Positions 23,856 to 30,679 of a DNA stretch of 35,733 bases are shown here, piece by piece. The position numbers and the translations under genes were made by a program. This stretch comes from an uncultured Spartobacteria bacterium (GTDB lineage: Bacteria > Verrucomicrobiota > Verrucomicrobiia > Chthoniobacterales > UBA6821): the NCBI GenBank assembly GCA_903831635.1, contig CAIKYN010000414.1, positions 1-35,733 on the forward strand. The letters run 5' to 3'. A model generated the notes under the pieces. The model worked only from the letters and a program-made list of their open reading frames with translations. It was not told the DNA's origin and made no database searches. The stretch's first letter is position 1. Each line of letters begins with the position of its first letter.

Positions 23856-24443
23856 TTATATCGTTCTTGGCGCGGGGGCGACTCGAGCTTTTAAGCCCTC
23901 AATCTCTTTACATGCTTTTTTATAGAGCCGATTTTCCGCGTTTCCATCGAACTCAATATAAGCAGGGAGATCTCGGATCTCCTCCGCAATTTCAATCGCT
24001 CGGTTCAGAAGCTCCCTGAGCCTTGCGACCTCGTTGGTTTTCTCCACGAGGTCGCGTTCTAGCTTCTCGGACAATTCCACCAAGTCATCATGAGTATGGA
24101 ATGAAAAAAAAACCGCATCCGTTCGAGGTGTTTCTACCTTATTTTTTTCTAGCTCCTTCCTAAACCTTGCCACTTCCGCTTCGGCCTTGTTTAGTTTCTC
24201 GTATCTGTTCACGCCTATCCTTTCGGCGTTTTCTTGAAGCTCCTTGATTTCCTCCCTCAGCTTCTCATTCTCCACCTCCAGCTCATGGCGCTTTCCGACC
24301 ACACGGAGCAGTTCAGGGACAACAGCACAGTCCTCATGCCCCCGTTTGAATGCCTCCTTCACCCGCTGCTCGACCGTGGGGAGAGTACCATCCTCATTAA
24401 GGAAACGGACACCCTCACTGTTCCAGTATTGTTCTGGCGTCAT
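23856..24443 (-). CDS. Coiled-coil hypothetical protein
   Basis: ORF-track frame (TTG start at 24461). Start moved to ATG 24443, preceded by GGGAGGTG 5 nt upstream. E/K/L/R-rich heptad-like sequence. Confidence 0.55.
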   Translation of the reverse strand: MTPEQYWNSEGVRFLNEDGTLPTVEQRVKEAFKRGHEDCAVVPELLRVVGKRHELEVENEKLREEIKELQENAERIGVNRYEKLNKAEAEVARFRKELEKNKVETPRTDAVFFSFHTHDDLVELSEKLERDLVEKTNEVARLRELLNRAIEIAEEIRDLPAYIEFDGNAENRLYKKACKEIEGLKARVAPAPRTI

Positions 24444-24550
24444 TTGAGCACCTCCCGCCAAGCGTGAACGGTTACCTGGATAGATACCGAGATGATCGTG
24501 ATGTAGACGCAGACCAGCGCCAGATCGACGAGGAAATGTGATTTTTTCAT
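24440..24550 (-). CDS. Small membrane peptide (36 aa)
   Basis: Below the ORF-track cutoff. MKKSHFLVDLALVCVYITIISVSIQVTVHAWREVLK. GGAGCAGGAG SD-like sequence upstream. ATGA overlap with the next gene. Confidence 0.45.
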   Translation of the reverse strand: MKKSHFLVDLALVCVYITIISVSIQVTVHAWREVLK

Positions 24551-24590
24551 AAGACTCCTGCTCCCGTTTGTCATTGTTTCCCCTTATCCC

Positions 24591-24914
24591 TTAGAACGGA
24601 CAATCCTCGTCAGCCATATTCGGCTCCGTCGGGCGGCGCGTCCCCATCGAGGGCGCGGGAGCTGCTGGGGCCGGAGCGGGCGCATAGTCTGCACGCGGCA
24701 TATAGACCGTGAAGTTACCGATGATCGGCATCTGCAGATCAGGATTGGCCTGTCTCTCCTCACGAGAAACCCCCTGTTTAACAAAGCCATCATAGCCGAA
24801 CTCATCCCGTCCGTGCTTATTCTCGATCAGCACCAGATCAAGGTAGTTGTGCTTCTTTCCCCGGTGGATCCGGTTCTTGTCGATGAGGTTGGTTTTCAGT
24901 TTTACAGTGATCAT
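24591..24914 (-). CDS. Putative ssDNA-binding-like protein with an SSB-type acidic C-terminal tip
   Basis: ORF-track frame 24591..25040. Start moved to ATG 24914 (MITVKLKTNLIDKN...). Pro/Ala-rich linker APAPAPAAPAPS, then the terminal ...ADEDCPF, resembling the conserved SSB D-D-D-I-P-F tail. The OB fold is not verifiable by eye. Confidence 0.4.
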   Translation of the reverse strand: MITVKLKTNLIDKNRIHRGKKHNYLDLVLIENKHGRDEFGYDGFVKQGVSREERQANPDLQMPIIGNFTVYMPRADYAPAPAPAAPAPSMGTRRPTEPNMADEDCPF

Positions 24915-24921
24915 GGTTTTT

Positions 24922-25083
24922 TTAATTCCCCCGATTTCGAGGGTATTGGTTTTGTTTTGGTTTCTTGGTTTTGTCCTTCTTCCAGACGATCGCCTCATAG
25001 TTGGAGCGATACGCCTGGCTGAAATTATTTCGGGGAGCATCCCCCTTGCCGTTCTGGGCGCTATTTTTGTTATTACGAGACAT
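24922..25083 (-). CDS. Small basic hypothetical protein (53 aa)
   Basis: ORF-track frame 24922..25122. Start moved to ATG 25083, 4 nt after the upstream stop. MSRNNKNSAQNGKGDAPRNNFSQAYRSNYEAIVWKK... Confidence 0.4.
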   Translation of the reverse strand: MSRNNKNSAQNGKGDAPRNNFSQAYRSNYEAIVWKKDKTKKPKQNQYPRNRGN

Positions 25084-25087
25084 CGGT

Positions 25088-25933
25088 TTACTCCTTAACG
25101 AGGATCTGACTCTCCGGGTCATAGCCGGGTCCCTGCAGGACCAGCTTCCCGTCCTTGAAGATCGGAAGAGGAATCCGACTGATCATCCGCAGGGGCCTCT
25201 GCTGCCTACGGAACTCATGCGACTGCAACACCGCTGCCGAGGCCATCTTACCCATCGACTCGTAGCCCCGCTCATAAGTCACCTTCCCATCCTCCCCCTT
25301 CGACTTGATCGTCCTCCAGAAAAGCACATCCTTCTCCACATAGGTACGGAAGGAATCAGGCGAGAGATCCTCCATCCGGTCACTGTGCGGCTGAAGCACC
25401 ACCGGCACCCCATCGAGGAGGAAAACCCCATTCCTAGAGCAGACAGCTCCCACCTCACGGGAAAAATCCGAGAGCAGCCGATTCACACGAGGCAGCTCGA
25501 TCTCCTCACGGAGCATCTTTTTCTCACCCGAGAGCGCCTCCAGCGCATCCTTGGCCGCATCGGCTGAGAGATGACCATCTCCCAAGGACTTGGCGATTGC
25601 CACTTTCTCGCGTTCCAGATGGCACGACCGCAGCGCCTCCAGAGAGCTTGCCACAACCGGCCAGACCTCATGGCCGGGAACGACCGTGGCCGGCCCCCCG
25701 ACGAAGTCCAGCTTGCCAGACTCCATGAGTGCCTGGGTGATCGTGATCAGATTGGCCGGACGCCCCTTCAGCTCCACCTCACGGGCATGGAGGAAAATCT
25801 CCGCCGTGATATCGAGGAGCCAGGACGGGGAGAAGTCCTTGACCTCATCCACGATCCTCTGAGTCCCTTCGCCCACGATCCACCCCCGGACGATCGTGTC
25901 CGCCTGGGCATTATGAAAAATTCCTCCTGACAT
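25088..25933 (-). CDS. DnaB-N-terminal-domain protein; probable N-terminal half of the replicative helicase
   Basis: ORF track, 281 aa. ...HNAQADTIVRGWIVGEG...FLHAREVELKGRPANLITITQALMESGKLDFVGGPATV... follows the DnaB N-terminal domain pattern. The C-terminus ends ...PIFKDGKLVLQGPGYDPESQILVKE. Confidence 0.55.
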   Translation of the reverse strand: MSGGIFHNAQADTIVRGWIVGEGTQRIVDEVKDFSPSWLLDITAEIFLHAREVELKGRPANLITITQALMESGKLDFVGGPATVVPGHEVWPVVASSLEALRSCHLEREKVAIAKSLGDGHLSADAAKDALEALSGEKKMLREEIELPRVNRLLSDFSREVGAVCSRNGVFLLDGVPVVLQPHSDRMEDLSPDSFRTYVEKDVLFWRTIKSKGEDGKVTYERGYESMGKMASAAVLQSHEFRRQQRPLRMISRIPLPIFKDGKLVLQGPGYDPESQILVKE

Positions 25934-26080
25934 ATTGCTCCTTGTTCCTTGTGATTTTCTTCCTGACTGCTTGGTAGTGAGAGACCACGAGTCAAACGAC
26001 CCGACGGCATACTCACCACCGCCACCGAGACAACCGCTACCCGTGGTAGTGATCGGCAGAGTGACCTCTAGTTATTGCGG

Positions 26081-26476
26081 TTAATGGGACGCGATGGCAT
26101 GACGACCGCAGAAAAGCCCCTTCGAGCCCTTCCCCTTCGGATGGCCACATTGCCAGAGGATACCGAGGCCCCCATCGATCGCCCGAAGACATCGGTCTGG
26201 GTCATAGTCCCGCCCATAAGCACGACGGGCCTCTGCAGCCGTGCGAGGTTGCCGAGGAAAAGAGATCTCCTCATCGGACTCCATCTGCTTGATTTCGGGT
26301 TTGAAGCAAGTGAACGCCGCATGATTGGAATACAGCGCCACAGACTCCTTCACGACCGACGCCAGCAGCCGAGTCTCAGGCCGTGCCACCTCATGGCAGG
26401 TGACCGCCTTGGCACAATTCGTTCCTGGGCAATAGGCACGCTTGAGGATCGAAGCATTCGGGGAAACGGCACTCAT
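26081..26476 (-). CDS. Cys-rich putative zinc-binding protein
   Basis: ORF track, 131 aa. CPGTNC...C.H near the N-terminus and WQCGHPKGKGSKGLFCGRH near the C-terminus. ATGA overlap with the clamp gene stop. Confidence 0.5.
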   Translation of the reverse strand: MSAVSPNASILKRAYCPGTNCAKAVTCHEVARPETRLLASVVKESVALYSNHAAFTCFKPEIKQMESDEEISFPRQPRTAAEARRAYGRDYDPDRCLRAIDGGLGILWQCGHPKGKGSKGLFCGRHAIASH

Positions 26477-27687
26477 TTCCCACCTCCTGACGTGCGAATT
26501 GGCATCAGGACATGTGTCCAGCGGATCGGATTGCTTGGGCCGTGATCCGGCAACGTCAGCACCAGCGGATCCATGGGTGCCCCGGGGTAGTAAACCGCCT
26601 TGGCCGTCGGGATCGACTTGATGGCATCACGGAGGAACTGGGCATTCACCGCCACATCCTCCACACCCGGCGTTTCCACATCGACCTGGGCACTTCCCAC
26701 CTCCGGCTCCTCCAGCTTGAAGCTATCTTTCGAGATCACCAGCTTCGGCGTCTTGTCCTTGCCCGTGGTCACCGCAATAGCCAGCACCGAGGAAATCGCA
26801 TCCGACCACTCATCAGGCGAGATCGTGATTGCAGGACGAGACGAGAAATCAGGGATCACCGCCCGATACGTGGGGAATTTCCCCTCGACCAGATTCACCT
26901 TCAGCCAGGCATTATCCCACCAGAAGTTGAGCGCACGATGATCGGCTAAGAGCTTCACCACCTCGCCATCCGCATCAGCGGCCAGATCACGGATCACCGA
27001 GACCGCATCAGCAGGGATCAAGGCCCCACCCTCTTTTCCCTCACTCAGCACCGAGGCCCCGAGTTCCTTCAGATCCCGCTCATAGATCGAGAGGCGGCGT
27101 CCATCGGTAGCCACCATACGGACTAGCGACCCCTCCACCTCGAGCTTCAGCGACCGGAGCAAATAGCGCGACTCATCGCTAGAGATCGACTCCTGAACCC
27201 CCTTGATCATCCCCTCGAGGAAGCGACCGGCTACCTCCACCTTCAGCGCACCATCCTCCGGCACCATCGCCGGTTCCGAGTGAAACTCCGAAGCCGACAT
27301 TGAAGAGAACGTATAGACCGCCGAACGACCCGAAACTTTCAGCCCCCGGGGTGATAGCTCCATCGAGACCTCCGAGTCTTGCAAGAGCTTCGATGCCTCC
27401 AGCAACTTCTTGGCATTCACCAGACAGCTTCCCCCTATTGAGATATCACACGCGAACTGTGCCTTCATCCAGAGATCACCATTGGTGAAATCAAGCGTCA
27501 GATGCCCCTCCTCATCCGCCTCCAGGCGAACCGTATCGAGGATCGGTTGCTGATTCCCAGCCCGTGAGAGCTTAGTCAAACGCCCCATCCAGACCCGCAA
27601 GTCATTTGTTTTCAGTTTAAGTTTCACTTCTCTGCTCCTTTTTTTGGTTGTCGTTGTTAGTTGTTGGCCGTCTTTCCGACCTGTCAT
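26473..27687 (-). CDS. dnaN: DNA polymerase III beta sliding clamp homologue
   Basis: ORF track, 404 aa. ...LTKLSRAGNQQPILDTVRLEADEEGHLTLDFTNGDLWMKAQF...GSCLVNAKKLLEASKLLQDSEVSMELSPRGLKVSGRSAVYTFSSMSASEFH... parallels the canonical DnaN N-terminal pattern (PIL..V.LEA....L.L.ATD.E......V.AK.L..I...LP......L......L.I..G.S.F.L......EFP). Confidence 0.8.
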   Translation of the reverse strand: MTGRKDGQQLTTTTKKRSREVKLKLKTNDLRVWMGRLTKLSRAGNQQPILDTVRLEADEEGHLTLDFTNGDLWMKAQFACDISIGGSCLVNAKKLLEASKLLQDSEVSMELSPRGLKVSGRSAVYTFSSMSASEFHSEPAMVPEDGALKVEVAGRFLEGMIKGVQESISSDESRYLLRSLKLEVEGSLVRMVATDGRRLSIYERDLKELGASVLSEGKEGGALIPADAVSVIRDLAADADGEVVKLLADHRALNFWWDNAWLKVNLVEGKFPTYRAVIPDFSSRPAITISPDEWSDAISSVLAIAVTTGKDKTPKLVISKDSFKLEEPEVGSAQVDVETPGVEDVAVNAQFLRDAIKSIPTAKAVYYPGAPMDPLVLTLPDHGPSNPIRWTHVLMPIRTSGGGK

Positions 27688-28301
27688 TGATCCTCCCCAT
27701 GCGACTGGGTCATATTTTTGATTCGGTTGTTATTGCCCATCTGGCATTCCGAGTAAGCCAGCGAAGCCGTCTCCGACTTCTGAAACCTTCCTTTTGATCC
27801 GAAATGCTCATTGGCCTCGCGGATCTGGATGTCCAGACGCTGTTTACTCACCCCGATCCGGCGGGCGTAATCGGTCATGGAGAGCCCATCCAGAACGTCA
27901 GGTGTGAAGATCAGGCCGATCGCCCCCAGCCGCATGGCGATCACCATGCACCGGGCCATCGCATCACGTCGGCACGGATCCACCACCTCCATTCCCAGCA
28001 AGTCAGCGGCCTGCGCCTCCGTGAACTTCATGCCACGCTTCACCACCTTGAAATCCCGCGTGATCCACCCCAGAGCCGCCTTGAGCGCCTCCGCAGCACG
28101 CGAATCCTCGGTCACCGAGCAGTGCCTGATCACCTCGATCAGATCACCCTGGTACTTCTCCCAGAGGAGTGATGCGAGATCATCACGATCCATGCGGGAA
28201 TTCCGATCCGCTGCACGGAGAATCTTGGCCAGAATCATCGGCCCATCGAGGTCATCTTCCATCTTCGGCCAATACGAAGAACTGGGGGACTCGTGATTCA
28301 T
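27684..28301 (-). CDS. HTH DNA-binding protein, sigma-70 region-4-like C-terminal domain (possible phage transcription factor)
   Basis: ORF track, 205 aa. ...LDGLSMTDYARRIGVSKQRLDIQIREANEHF... looks like a region-4/LuxR-type HTH. ATGA overlaps on both sides. Confidence 0.4.
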   Translation of the reverse strand: MNHESPSSSYWPKMEDDLDGPMILAKILRAADRNSRMDRDDLASLLWEKYQGDLIEVIRHCSVTEDSRAAEALKAALGWITRDFKVVKRGMKFTEAQAADLLGMEVVDPCRRDAMARCMVIAMRLGAIGLIFTPDVLDGLSMTDYARRIGVSKQRLDIQIREANEHFGSKGRFQKSETASLAYSECQMGNNNRIKNMTQSHGEDQ

Positions 28302-28489
28302 CGGATTCCCTTGGCCTCCTGGTTGCGAATCTCTCGGCGGATCGCCTCAGAGCGACGAGCCCGGTTAAGGCCCGAAACATACCCCCCACGACGCCCAAAG
28401 AACGAGCACGCCTCAGACCACGACTCCCCGGTCTCTTGAATGCGCTTCTGAATCCTTTCCACATGACTCATCGGAGGTGAGGTCTTCAT
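28298..28489 (-). CDS. Small hypothetical protein (63 aa)
   Basis: ORF-track frame (TTG start at 28495). Start moved to ATG 28489, which forms an ATGA overlap with the upstream stop. Confidence 0.45.
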   Translation of the reverse strand: MKTSPPMSHVERIQKRIQETGESWSEACSFFGRRGGYVSGLNRARRSEAIRREIRNQEAKGIR

Positions 28490-28716
28490 GAACAAATGAC
28501 CTCCTCCGCCGTGAGAGAATTGGACTTGGGGAAACGGATCAGATCCGCTTCGGGGAAATCATTCTCCAGAGATTCCAGCTCATCGAGGAACCGACTGACG
28601 ATCCTGGCAGCACGGGGGGACTCGAAGCAGTCAAAGCAGACAAGATCCCCTTCATTGACGAGGAAATGCTCCTCCTCGGCCCCACAGATAGAACAGCACC
28701 GAGTGACAGCACTCAT
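28486..28716 (-). CDS. Zinc-ribbon protein, first clear gene of the early operon
   Basis: ORF-track frame 28486..28809. Start moved to ATG 28716, preceded by GGGAGGTGG. CSICG...17 residues...CFDC. Confidence 0.55.
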   Translation of the reverse strand: MSAVTRCCSICGAEEEHFLVNEGDLVCFDCFESPRAARIVSRFLDELESLENDFPEADLIRFPKSNSLTAEEVICS

Positions 28717-29050
28717 CGGCCACCTCCCTTGCGGATGAACTCCCAGGACAAGACAGCAGTCACCGAAACCGCCAGAACAATGTAGAAATGCCCCAGATTC
28801 ACGCGGCACCCCCTTTGGGTGGACAAACCGTGGACTGAATTTTCAGACCCGTGCGGCGCTGAAGAGCGGCCATCTCGTATCCCGTGATCCGGGAATACCA
28901 ATTCCAGAGGGCGGAAAAAAAACGCCTCATCGGAAAAAACGGCTCATCGCCGCAGCTAAGATTTCCGCAAATTCCTGCCGACCGACCCACAGGGTCAACA
29001 TCAGCACCATCAAAAGAACGGGGATCATTGAACCCCTCCCCGAGCAAAAG

Positions 29051-29228
29051 TGCTACACTTTTTGCTACACTCGCCCGATTTTTGGGATTTTACTCTGTAA
29101 AAAGAGTGGCTGCCCCGCATGGATTCGAACCATGAATAATGGTTTCTCTGTCCGATTTCTTGTTTTTCTCTGTTCATGTCTGTGATGGTTTTGTGTTTTC
29201 TGTGGTTTTCTGCTACACTTGCTACACT
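29051..29228. other. attP-like attachment region: tRNA 3'-end core flanked by arm-type repeats
   Basis: TGCTACACT at 29051-29059, 29063-29071, 29211-29219 and 29220-29228, all in the same orientation. Two copies lie on each side of the core at 29107-29134. Directly upstream of int. Confidence 0.65.
29107..29134 (-). other. tRNA 3'-end fragment (T arm + acceptor 3' strand + CCA); probable att core
   Basis: Minus strand reads CATGG-TTCGAAT-CCATG-CGGGGCA-G-CCA: a perfect T stem-loop with the GTTCGAATC consensus, a 7-nt acceptor strand, a discriminator and CCA. No matching 5' acceptor strand (TGCCCCG) lies within 80 nt, so it is not a complete tRNA gene. Confidence 0.75.
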
Positions 29229-29234
29229 ACCGCC

Positions 29235-30269
29235 ATGGCTTCCCTTTATTCCCGAGCGCGATCCCCGTACTGGTGGATTGCTTTTTATGACGCGACCGGA
29301 AAGCGCAGGTGCGAATCCACCGGAAAGCGGTTGGACTCGGTTAAGGAAACGAGAGAAGCCAGGCAACTGAGGGCCTCGAAGGAGGTTGCCGAAATGAATG
29401 CTCCGGCCTCGGAGCGATCCACGCATGATCTTGGAAAATGGGTTCAGCCTTGGATCACAAGTCGCTTCGCTCAACAGGCCAACACACTCGAAAGCTACAC
29501 CCTCACTTGGAATCATTTGAAAGGGTTCCTTGACCTCAAGAGTATCCGAGCTGCCGAGCAGATCCGACGGGAGCACTGCTATGAGTACCTTGAACATAGG
29601 CAGAGAAAAGTCTGCCGAAACACGGCCATCCATGATCTTGTCGTCCTGCGGCTGATCCTCAATGAGGCCGTGAAACGCGGATGGATCACCCAAAATCCTG
29701 CCGCCAAACTGGGTCTCAAAAAAGATACGCCAAAGCTCAAACCGGAAATCACCGCACAGGAAGCGGCGATTATTGAAGAAAATCTCCGCAACCTTCCCGA
29801 ACGGATGCAGATCGCATGGAAAATTGCCTGGGCTCAAGGATGCCGTCTCGCCGAGACCGCCCTCCCCTTGAGCGATGTCGATCTGAAAAAAGGATTGATC
29901 ACCTTCACCCAGAAGGGAAACCGAAGACATACGACCCGCCTTCATCCCGACTTGACTCCCCTCTTCCGAAAGCTGAAACGGGAAAAAAAGACCCGCACTT
30001 GGGAGTTTTCCCGAAACGCCTCCAGAGACTGGGCAAGGGTTTTCAAAAGCCTCGGTCTTCCGCACCTGACCTTTCATTCCACCCGCGTGACGGTCATCAC
30101 AAAGATGGCCCGATCCGGTAAAGTGAACGAACAGCAAGCGATGAGGTTTATCGGTCATGCGTCAGAACAGGTTCACCTGATTTACCAACGGTTGAAGACC
30201 TCCGACCTTGATTCTTGCCTTGAGGCCCTCGGCGCACCTTCATTGAAGGGTAAGCCAAAGAAACCCTGA
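29235..30269 (+). CDS. int: Tyrosine integrase
   Basis: ORF-track frame 29139..30269. Start moved to ATG 29235 (MASLYSRARSPYWWIAFYDATGKRR..., a typical integrase N-terminus). Catalytic residues visible: ...AQGCRLAE... (Arg), ...HSTRVT... (H-x-x-R), ...IGHASEQVHLIYQRL (His, Tyr). Confidence 0.9.
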   Translation: MASLYSRARSPYWWIAFYDATGKRRCESTGKRLDSVKETREARQLRASKEVAEMNAPASERSTHDLGKWVQPWITSRFAQQANTLESYTLTWNHLKGFLDLKSIRAAEQIRREHCYEYLEHRQRKVCRNTAIHDLVVLRLILNEAVKRGWITQNPAAKLGLKKDTPKLKPEITAQEAAIIEENLRNLPERMQIAWKIAWAQGCRLAETALPLSDVDLKKGLITFTQKGNRRHTTRLHPDLTPLFRKLKREKKTRTWEFSRNASRDWARVFKSLGLPHLTFHSTRVTVITKMARSGKVNEQQAMRFIGHASEQVHLIYQRLKTSDLDSCLEALGAPSLKGKPKKP

Positions 30270-30420
30270 ACTCAGGGTGATTTGATAACCATGCCAGGGC
30301 ATGCTGCCGGGTGGTCCTTGTCCCATAGGCCATCACATACCCGACCCTGCACATAGCCGACACATAAGTCGGATCGTGCCCGAGTTGTTCGGCAAGTTGG
30401 GATTTATTGAGAAGCTGCAT
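30148..30420 (-). CDS. Xis-like / MerR-type HTH DNA-binding protein
   Basis: ORF track, 90 aa. MQLLNKSQLAEQLGHDPTYVSAMCRVGY... is a short N-terminal HTH of the excisionase type. The C-terminal ~40 codons overlap the 3' end of int on the opposite strand. Confidence 0.5.
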   Translation of the reverse strand: MQLLNKSQLAEQLGHDPTYVSAMCRVGYVMAYGTRTTRQHALAWLSNHPEFRVSLAYPSMKVRRGPQGKNQGRRSSTVGKSGEPVLTHDR

Positions 30421-30425
30421 GTCGG

Positions 30426-30584
30426 TTAAGAAACTTTTTTTGTAGGTCCATAAGCCTTACGAAGTGCCTTCCTGACTAAATCGGAGACTTTGAGTTCTTG
30501 GGCGTCCGCAAGTCTGCGGAGATGGATGAATACTGGTTCGGATACTCGAACATTAATTCTTGTTTCCTTTCGTTTTTCCGTCAT
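30426..30584 (-). CDS. Ribbon-helix-helix (CopG/Arc-like) regulator, 52 aa
   Basis: Below the ORF-track cutoff. MTEKRKETRINVRVSEPVFIHLRRLADAQELKVSDLVRKALRKAYGPTKKVS. Beta strand (RINVRV) plus two helices. Its stop is 5 nt before the Xis-like start. Confidence 0.6.
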   Translation of the reverse strand: MTEKRKETRINVRVSEPVFIHLRRLADAQELKVSDLVRKALRKAYGPTKKVS

Positions 30585-30679
30585 GGGGCCAGTTGTGCCA
30601 CAAATGTTCCCAAAGGGGAAGAAAAAAGATAAGCAGAATAATTATTTGCGCCGTGACCGATCGGGGCACATTGTAACCC

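Noticed and set aside
29107-29185. Possible complete tRNA gene next to int.
   Set aside because: Only the T arm, the acceptor 3' strand and CCA are present. There is no complementary 5' acceptor strand (TGCCCCG) and no D or anticodon arm in the ~80 nt on the 5' side. I interpret it as an att core fragment.
29025-30158. 377-aa minus-strand ORF covering the integrase locus.
   Set aside because: It is antisense to an integrase that shows all catalytic motifs. It would also run through the att core and arm repeats. Shadow ORF.
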